Part shown: one piece after another, positions 27,298-33,567 of the stretch
Position numbering within the stretch: position 1 is the stretch's first letter
Layout: the number at the start of each line of letters is the position of its first letter
Assembly: GCA_040904565.1 (NCBI GenBank)
Contig: JBBDTI010000011.1
Coordinates: 25,452-59,018 of the forward strand
From: Rhodothermales bacterium
GTDB taxonomy: Bacteria > Bacteroidota > Rhodothermia > Rhodothermales > VXPQ01
DNA: 33,567 nt
Reading direction: 5' to 3'
Made by a program: the position numbers and the translations under genes
Notes under the pieces: model-generated
The model's input: the letters and a program-made list of their open reading frames with translations, nothing else
What the model was told of the DNA's origin: nothing
The model's database searches: none

Positions 27298-30200
27298 CTA
27301 GAAGCTGACGCGGACTCCGAACGTAACCCTGCGGGGGTTAAGGAAGGTGTTGAACCGGTGATTCGGCATATCGATGTACGCCTTGTCATCCAGTACCTGA
27401 TCGACTTCACTGCCGGGGACCTCTTCCCAGCTGCTTCCATTCCACTGGAAATAGTCGCCAGTATCTTCCGTCCACGCCCACTGCCGTTCAAAGCCGGCCT
27501 GCGGTGCGTCTGGAAGCGTAGCGTATGCTTCGATCGGCTGGAACTCAACGTCCCACTCTCGATACGTGCCCGGCTTGTCGTCACCCGGAACCCAGCGGTA
27601 CGGTGCACTCTGGCCTTCCGGCAACTGGTCGAAGATATCCTCCGCAAGGTGCAAGGACCGCATGTAGTCCTCCCGGTCGCGGCCCTGACCTTCGATGAAG
27701 GCCCCGCCGAAGTTCAGGTGACGCAGGTTCAGAACGTTACTTACGTCAGCGAACAACTGCATCTCCGTCCCCATCGCGTTGAGGTACTTTGTAACGCGCA
27801 GGTCTAGATTCCAGAAGTCCTGGTACCGGACGTTGTTGTTGATCTCCGGAATACTGGCACCGCCCTGCCACGTCAGTGTCTGGCCTCTTCTCCATTCAGC
27901 CAGGAAGCTGACGAGAAATCCGGCGAGCGGATTCGCGCCGGCCACTTCGGGGCCGAAGCCCTGCGGCGTGATGAAGCGTGCGTTGAGCCGCGCAAACGGC
28001 TCGGCCACAGGCGCCTGCAGACGGTAGTCCGTCGCGTCACGCAGGAAGCTCACCATCTGGAAAGAGTTCTCGAAGAAATTAGAGTATCCAAAGAACCCAT
28101 CCTTACGCTGCTGGAACGTGAAGTTCGCGAATCCCTGGAACCACTCACCGCGGTTCTTCGAGAGGCTGACTTCTGCGCCACGCACGTCGCCGAAGTCCCA
28201 CGGCATACGCGTCTCGTAGTTTACGACACCGCCCAGACTGGTGAAGTCGACCGTTCTGGACTGCTCCGTCTTGTCACGGTAGAAACCGGAAATCCGAAGC
28301 AGGTAGCGGTCGAACAGGTTCTGGTCGTATCCCAGCTCGTATGCCACGGTTTTCGGGAACGGATGATTGGGGTTGCCAATCTCGTTAATACCGCCCGACT
28401 TCGACGTCTCCATTCCGATGAGGAAGTACGGATCCAGCATCTGCCGGAAGTGGCCGTAATTGAAGTACAGCTTACTGTCCGTCGTGATCGGGAACGAGAC
28501 GCCGATACGCGGACTCAGCGCAACCTGCGAACTGACAGAGCTTTTCTCCAGTGCAGCGTCAATCTCGGCCGGCTGGAACCGGAAGACCGTCGGGTAGGCG
28601 TCATATTCCCACCACTCCGTGTTCGGATCGAGGTACTCGAGACGGGCACCAAGATTGGCAACCATCCCCTCGAACTCGAGCTTACCCTGGACATAGGCGG
28701 CTCCCTGAATGGGTGATCCGTCCCAGATCCAGCGGGCACCGGACTCAGGCCCGGCCAACTCGAGGTTGATGTCCATCGTCCTCATGTCAAAGTTATTGTA
28801 GATCAGCTCGGCGCCGGTCTGCAACATCAGGAAGTGGTTCACCTGACTGGTCAGATCGAACCGGCCCGTCCACACGTCGACGTCGGATGTGTCTCGCGCG
28901 CCGACCCAGTGGCCGCCGGTCGATTCACCCGTTTCCAGGTTGGCACCGATACCGGAATACCCGAACGGCTCCTGGCCGACGCAGTACGCCTTGTTTTCGC
29001 CGTCGCCCGTGTAGTCCTGATTGCCACCGAAGCACGTGACGCCCCCGTCCTGACCTATAAGATTTTCAAAGCCAGGCGTCACGTTGCCGAACTGGTCGGT
29101 CCAGGGAACGCGAACCATCGCGCCCGCCTCACAGGACTGGCCGTCCGGTCCTTGACCGGAATCCGGACAGAGGTAGGATCCGTCACGCAGACTGGGGAAC
29201 CGCGTCCGATACTTGGACGCCATCCGCTGAATACCGACCTCATAGAAGGTGTTCTGATTCAGTGTATGCGTGAACTGCAGCCCCATGATATTGTGATCGA
29301 TGTCCCCTCTGGGAAACTGACCATCAGTAAACAACTCGTCGGCGCGGATGTCGATATTGATCACCTGGTGGCCGACGTCGTTCTGGCCCTCCCACCACGG
29401 ATAGGCGGGGAGATTCCCCTTCCAGAGGGTCGTACCCTGGTATCCCAGGTTCTCAGACCTCGTCTGGCCTCGCTCGCGGGTAGCTATGTAGTGCCCCGTC
29501 AGCTTCATCCCGGGTGAGAGATTCGAAATCATCTTCACCGAGTACGTGTTGTCCGTATAGCCGTCGCGCGGCTGCGGATAGAGGTACGACGTCTGCGTAC
29601 CACGGTAGGAAGCGAGGAAACGGAGATCGCCCAGCATGCCGCTGATTCCCGGAACGGGTCCGCCAACGGTAATGTCGGCGTCGTAGTCCGGAATCGAGAT
29701 CTCGTTGTCCTTGCGCCACATGTAGCGCCAGTACTCGACCATGTCATCGTTATTGACGTCGAAGCCCTTGTCTCTCAGGCGGCTTACGACCGAATTCCAG
29801 CCCTCGAACTCGAGGTACTGACGGCTCTGGTACGAATCCCAGATGTCGGTATTCTGTACACCCACATCGCGGACCTCAGGATCGAGCAACGGGCGCGAAA
29901 ACCACGTGTCGCACTCGACAGGAATATCCGTACGATCGCCGCTGAAGCTGCAATCCCCCAGCTGATGATAGGCGTCGAAGGTCTTGTCCTGGGCCGGTGC
30001 GTACCGGAACAGTGCGTCGACCGTGTAGCGATCGCGCGGGGGCTCCTTCGTCGCAATATTGACGATGCCCGAACGGACGTTGCCGTATTCGGCGCTGAAG
30101 CCACCGGTCTGCACCTGAACCTCCTCGAGCGACGTGTACGATACGTTCGTCATCGGCTCGTTGCCGCGACCGGTACGCATCGACAATCCGTCGACGATAA

Positions 30201-30708
30201 AGGCGATTTCATTCAGGCCACCGCCGCGAACCTGCATTCCCGGCTCGATGCCCGCCTGCAGGTCGAGAACCTCCGAGACACCTGCTACGGGCAGGTCCTG
30301 GAAATCCTGGGACGAGAGATTGGCCACGTTCGCGGAAACGTCCGCCTGCACGATCGGCTGCTCGGCCACGACGAATACCTCATCAAGACCGAAGGCTGCC
30401 TCCTGCAGAGCGAAGTCGATCGTCGTTGTAAGGTCCGTACTCACACGGACCTCCTCGCGCGTCGCCGTCTGAAAACCAACAAACGAAGCCTGCACGCCAT
30501 ACGTGCCCGGCCGGACGTTCAGGATGTTGTAGTTCCCGTTTACGTCCGTGACGGCACCCTGGGTTGTCCCCACGATCGACACGTTCACGCCGGGAAGGGT
30601 CTCGCCGGTGGACGCGTCGGTCACCGTACCAGCGATTTTACCCGACTGAGCCCAGGCTGTCACTGGCAGCAACAGGGCAAGCGTAAATAGTAGCTTTGCC
30701 AGTCTCAT
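27298..30708 (-). CDS. Large TonB-dependent receptor (carboxypeptidase-regulatory-like N-domain, plug, barrel with long loops)
   Basis: Signal peptide; GKIAGTVTDASTGETLPGVNV; plug VRGGGLNEIAFIVDG and GGFSAEYGNVRSGIVNIATK; C-terminal NPRRVTFGVRVSF. GGAGGA lies 8 nt upstream of ATG 30708. Confidence 0.93.
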   Translation of the reverse strand: MRLAKLLFTLALLLPVTAWAQSGKIAGTVTDASTGETLPGVNVSIVGTTQGAVTDVNGNYNILNVRPGTYGVQASFVGFQTATREEVRVSTDLTTTIDFALQEAAFGLDEVFVVAEQPIVQADVSANVANLSSQDFQDLPVAGVSEVLDLQAGIEPGMQVRGGGLNEIAFIVDGLSMRTGRGNEPMTNVSYTSLEEVQVQTGGFSAEYGNVRSGIVNIATKEPPRDRYTVDALFRYAPAQDKTFDAYHQLGDCSFSGDRTDIPVECDTWFSRPLLDPEVRDVGVQNTDIWDSYQSRQYLEFEGWNSVVSRLRDKGFDVNNDDMVEYWRYMWRKDNEISIPDYDADITVGGPVPGISGMLGDLRFLASYRGTQTSYLYPQPRDGYTDNTYSVKMISNLSPGMKLTGHYIATRERGQTRSENLGYQGTTLWKGNLPAYPWWEGQNDVGHQVINIDIRADELFTDGQFPRGDIDHNIMGLQFTHTLNQNTFYEVGIQRMASKYRTRFPSLRDGSYLCPDSGQGPDGQSCEAGAMVRVPWTDQFGNVTPGFENLIGQDGGVTCFGGNQDYTGDGENKAYCVGQEPFGYSGIGANLETGESTGGHWVGARDTSDVDVWTGRFDLTSQVNHFLMLQTGAELIYNNFDMRTMDINLELAGPESGARWIWDGSPIQGAAYVQGKLEFEGMVANLGARLEYLDPNTEWWEYDAYPTVFRFQPAEIDAALEKSSVSSQVALSPRIGVSFPITTDSKLYFNYGHFRQMLDPYFLIGMETSKSGGINEIGNPNHPFPKTVAYELGYDQNLFDRYLLRISGFYRDKTEQSRTVDFTSLGGVVNYETRMPWDFGDVRGAEVSLSKNRGEWFQGFANFTFQQRKDGFFGYSNFFENSFQMVSFLRDATDYRLQAPVAEPFARLNARFITPQGFGPEVAGANPLAGFLVSFLAEWRRGQTLTWQGGASIPEINNNVRYQDFWNLDLRVTKYLNAMGTEMQLFADVSNVLNLRHLNFGGAFIEGQGRDREDYMRSLHLAEDIFDQLPEGQSAPYRWVPGDDKPGTYREWDVEFQPIEAYATLPDAPQAGFERQWAWTEDTGDYFQWNGSSWEEVPGSEVDQVLDDKAYIDMPNHRFNTFLNPRRVTFGVRVSF

Positions 30709-30802
30709 TTGCACGATCCTCCAGATACTGGTTGTGTTGTACTGAGATTTGTGATGTACTGCAATATTCTGTCGAGAGATTTACTGTGGGAATGCGATAA
30801 TA

Positions 30803-30832
30803 CCGGGCTATATCCGTCCGGGCTTTATCCGT
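30803..30832. repeat. 15-bp tandem repeat CCGGGCTWTATCCGT x2 in the receptor leader
   Basis: Copies at 30803-30817 and 30818-30832 differ by one base; ATCCGT recurs at 30839-30844. Confidence 0.75.
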
Positions 30833-30914
30833 CTTGGAATCCGTATCGGATCCGCGCCGGCAACACTCTAGCTTGACTTTTCTTCACAGCGTTGCTTCAA
30901 AGTGGTAAGCCGCG

Positions 30915-30930
30915 CTGGAATCGCTTGCAG
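30915..30930. promoter_or_regulatory. Putative LacI/GalR-family operator (O1)
   Basis: CTGGAATCGCTTGCAG matches the family consensus TGNAANCGNTTNCA exactly and sits just downstream of a candidate -10 element on the minus strand. Confidence 0.65.
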
Positions 30931-30934
30931 ACGT

Positions 30935-30967
30935 ATTATGTATACCAAATGCTCGGCGGAACGACAA
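30935..30967 (-). promoter_or_regulatory. Candidate sigma70-type promoter for the receptor operon
   Basis: The minus strand reads TTGTCG-N17-TATACATAAT, with TG preceding the -10 region; exact hexamer register uncertain. Confidence 0.4.
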
Positions 30968-31070
30968 GGTGTTTATCCGTCCACCTGCACGTTAAACCCA
31001 CCGGGACTTAACAAGGCCTCCACAATCTCTGACCCCGATCCGTGCCAACATAATAAAAAGTTAATCGGGA

Positions 31071-31084
31071 TGGGAGCGATTTCA
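31071..31084. promoter_or_regulatory. Putative second LacI-family operator (O2)
   Basis: TGGGAGCGATTTCA; its reverse complement TGAAATCGCTCCCA shares TG-N-AATCGCT-NN-CA with O1. Confidence 0.5.
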
Positions 31085-31216
31085 GTAAATACGAGACTCT
31101 GCGGACTAAAGAAAGTCCCGGCCTCATAAATTGTCCTAGTCGTACCTTGAATGTAGCCGCGTGGGGCGGTGGCGTCTAGGCAAAAATTTTGAACCCATTC
31201 AAGAACCGCATATTCG

Positions 31217-31250
31217 TCGCACGCCTTCCATCGCACGCCTTCCATCGCAC
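31217..31250. repeat. 14-bp perfect tandem repeat TCGCACGCCTTCCA x2.4
   Basis: Copies at 31217-31230 and 31231-31244, partial at 31245-31250; 13 nt downstream of the epimerase stop codon. Confidence 0.85.
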
Positions 31251-31263
31251 AGCGGGATTATTG

Positions 31264-32400
31264 CTAGGACGAACGGGACAAATCAGTCCGGCACCAATTG
31301 AATCCTGATACGGATGTGCCCGCGCTTCGCAGTTCGGCCACGTCGCCGCGTGCACCCTCAATCTCGTTCGCTCCCTTATAAATATGGAAACGCGTCCTGA
31401 AGGCGTGCGAGGCCCCGGCATCCAGCTCGAGGAGTCGCCCCCCTCGGCGGGCTGCATTCTGTCCTTCAGGTACGCAATTGCCCGGTTCGATACCACAGAC
31501 GTACATACCTGACCGCACGTTTTTCCACTGAGACAGATACGGCGCGTGGGTGGTATCCCAACTCACCATGAGACCCAGATCTCCGTTGGCGAGCAGGGCC
31601 TTCGCCCAGCCGCCACGCTGCTGGACGTGGTGGTAGAAAACCTGTTCTGCAAACTCGCGCTGCGCCGCCGGATAGTCTGCCCACGTCTCGAAGCCGGCTT
31701 CCGCCGCGTCGTCGCGAGGAAGTGTCCGCGCCGCGGCGACGTCGAAGCGCGCTCCCTCCCGCACGAGCGGATAGCCCACGTTGATGTGATAGAGCAGCAT
31801 GAAGGGGGTCGCCACGTCGGATACGTTCGTGACGACGTCCTCCAGTTCAATAGCCGGCTCCCCCAGACGCACTCGATACGTGCGTTCCACCAGGAGCTGC
31901 TCTCCGAAGAGACTGGACTGTACGATGCGACCGGCAATTTCGAATACGTACTCGTCGCCGACCCAGCGGCCTTCACGCCGCACGACGTCGGCCGCGAGGC
32001 GGGTGAAGCGTCCGTGCACGTCCCGCTGCTCCCCTGTCTCCTCGTCCACTTCGGGCGGACCGACGTGCCGGAGACCGCAGGTCGTCAGGAGTCCGCCGTT
32101 GAACTGGCGCAGCCACGGACTGCCATGATCCGGCGGATGCGGGGATCCCGGACTGATCCAGGTGAGCGGGTGTCCACCGTAGTGCGCCGTCCAGATGTCC
32201 AGGCCCCGATCGGGCAAGAGCGTGAAGGTCAGGCCACTTCCATTATAGACGTCGAGCACGCGCATGCCGTTGCTCAGTCTCGATTCGCGGCAGTCGATGA
32301 ACTGCCGCATGTCGAGGCTGTGCTGCTCCAGAACCTGACGCGACCGGTCGAACATCGTAGGGCTTTTAGCTATCGTAGTCGGCTGGTTACCGGACTTCAT
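31264..32400 (-). CDS. Aldose 1-epimerase / galactose-mutarotase-like protein (DUF4432)
   Basis: [52 protein letters not shown]; no signal peptide; ATGA overlap with the upstream gene. Confidence 0.85.
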   Translation of the reverse strand: MKSGNQPTTIAKSPTMFDRSRQVLEQHSLDMRQFIDCRESRLSNGMRVLDVYNGSGLTFTLLPDRGLDIWTAHYGGHPLTWISPGSPHPPDHGSPWLRQFNGGLLTTCGLRHVGPPEVDEETGEQRDVHGRFTRLAADVVRREGRWVGDEYVFEIAGRIVQSSLFGEQLLVERTYRVRLGEPAIELEDVVTNVSDVATPFMLLYHINVGYPLVREGARFDVAAARTLPRDDAAEAGFETWADYPAAQREFAEQVFYHHVQQRGGWAKALLANGDLGLMVSWDTTHAPYLSQWKNVRSGMYVCGIEPGNCVPEGQNAARRGGRLLELDAGASHAFRTRFHIYKGANEIEGARGDVAELRSAGTSVSGFNWCRTDLSRSS

Positions 32401-33431
32401 TCAACCGGCGTCAACAGCGTTTTTACGCCGCTCTGCGTTTCGAAGCCCTGAAAGGCCTCCTCCCACTGCGTGACGTCGTACCGGTCGGTGATGAGGGGTT
32501 TCGTCCGCACCTTTCCCGACTCCAGCAGCTGCAGCGCGCGAATCCACGCCGACGGCACGCTGGCGTTGCTGCCTGTAACGACGAGCTCTTTGAAGCAGAC
32601 CTGTTCGAGGTCCCACGAAATGGGCTTGCCAAATAGGCCGATCTGCACGAACCGGCCGTTCCGGCGAACGAGCTCGAGCAGCTGCGACGCGGCCGGTCCC
32701 GCGCCGGAGCATTCGTACACAACGTCCGCACCCATCCCTTCCGGCGTCAGGTCGGCGACCAGATCCGAGGGGTTTTCCTGCTGGACGTTGACCGTGTGAT
32801 CGGCGCCGAACTGCCGGGCCATCTCAAGCCGGTGCTCGTCCCGATCCGTACCCAGGACGACCACCGTCGCGCCGGCCGCCTTCACGACCTGCAGCGCCAG
32901 GAGTCCGATCGCTCCCGGTCCGGCCACGACGGCGACGTCGCCGGGTGTGACCGTCGGCGTGGTGGAAACGGCGTGCACGACGCACGCGAGGGGTTCCGTA
33001 AGCGCCCCCGCCTCGAAATCGACATTGTCCGGCAGGCTATGCACGTTAGAGGCCGGAACGACGACGTAGCTCGTAAACCCACCGTTCACGGCGGACCCGA
33101 TGGAGCGCCGGTTCAGGCACAGATTGCTGTGGCCCGTCCGGCAATAGCGGCAAACCCCGCACGTCGAAAAATACGTTTCGGTCGTAACGCGAGTGCCCTC
33201 AGGCAGGCCTTCGACGCCCTCTCCCACGTCGACCACCTCACCGGACACCTCGTGGCCCAGCACGACGGGCGGCCACGACATAAACTCATCCTTATATATA
33301 TGGAGGTCCGTGCCGCATATGCCGGCGCCCCGCACGCGGATCTTTACCTGTCCGGGACCGGGATTCGGTTCCTCGATGTCGCGGAGCTCGATGTTGCCGA
33401 CGCCGCGCGCCACTTTCATTACTGCTTTCAT
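32397..33431 (-). CDS. Zinc-dependent medium-chain dehydrogenase (sorbitol/iditol dehydrogenase-like)
   Basis: [11 protein letters not shown], structural Zn motif CGVCRYC-x7-C, EPLAC, GPGAIG nucleotide-binding loop. Confidence 0.93.
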   Translation of the reverse strand: MKAVMKVARGVGNIELRDIEEPNPGPGQVKIRVRGAGICGTDLHIYKDEFMSWPPVVLGHEVSGEVVDVGEGVEGLPEGTRVTTETYFSTCGVCRYCRTGHSNLCLNRRSIGSAVNGGFTSYVVVPASNVHSLPDNVDFEAGALTEPLACVVHAVSTTPTVTPGDVAVVAGPGAIGLLALQVVKAAGATVVVLGTDRDEHRLEMARQFGADHTVNVQQENPSDLVADLTPEGMGADVVYECSGAGPAASQLLELVRRNGRFVQIGLFGKPISWDLEQVCFKELVVTGSNASVPSAWIRALQLLESGKVRTKPLITDRYDVTQWEEAFQGFETQSGVKTLLTPVE

Positions 33432-33567
33432 ATTACACGTCTACTACTAATGAGGTAGTCACCAAAAAATCTGTCGGCACCGTCCGATCACGCGGCGTTG
33501 TCGAAGAGTATCGAACTCCGGCGCCATCTCGAATGAAAGTCGATCGCGCCCGCGGTACCGAATAGCC

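Noticed and set aside
30902-31496. Small ORFs in the regulatory gap (30902-31129, 30973-31245, 31176-31496)
   Set aside because: No recognisable motifs or RBS; they run through operator-like sites and a tandem repeat, or overlap the epimerase gene.
451-33458. Numerous long plus-strand ORFs (e.g. 1192-2793, 3235-4311, 8878-10113, 17963-19006, 31546-32451)
   Set aside because: They lie antisense to well-supported minus-strand genes, are Arg/His/Val-rich with no family motifs, and are the expected shadow ORFs of GC-rich coding DNA.
33432-33567. Possible 3' end of an upstream gene
   Set aside because: All three minus-strand frames are open for part of this short stretch and none gives a recognisable protein, so no frame can be chosen.

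Overview
GC-rich bacterial DNA carrying about 20 genes, all on the minus strand, that together form a carbohydrate uptake and catabolism region. T9SS-type cargo, a PorV-like barrel and TonB-dependent receptors in high-GC DNA suggest a Rhodothermia-like or other FCB-group organism; this is an inference. In transcription order (right to left) the genes are: Zn-dependent dehydrogenase and DUF4432 aldose-epimerase-like protein; a ~550 bp regulatory gap with two LacI-type operator-like sites; a cassette of TonB-dependent receptor, T9SS-CTD-bearing FN3 protein and PorV/UPF0164-like barrel; a CRTAC1 (FG-GAP + ASPIC/UnbV) lipoprotein, a TPR lipoprotein and an alpha/beta-hydrolase homologue lacking its catalytic Ser and His; a second TonB receptor with a DUF4249-like lipoprotein; then a block of mostly exported redox and TIM-barrel enzymes (ThuA-GSDH fusion, Gfo/Idh/MocA, three TIM barrels, a second CRTAC1, GMC oxidoreductase with a Tat small subunit, FAD oxidoreductase, PQQ dehydrogenase with an inserted cytochrome c). 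I recognise no glycoside hydrolase and no SusD. The most notable signal is a PUL-like system in which a T9SS cargo plus a dedicated PorV paralogue may replace SusD, and a periplasmic oxidation/elimination (3-keto-glycoside) route may replace hydrolysis. No rRNA, tRNA, CRISPR array or mobile element was seen. All family calls come from motif recognition by eye, not from database searches.
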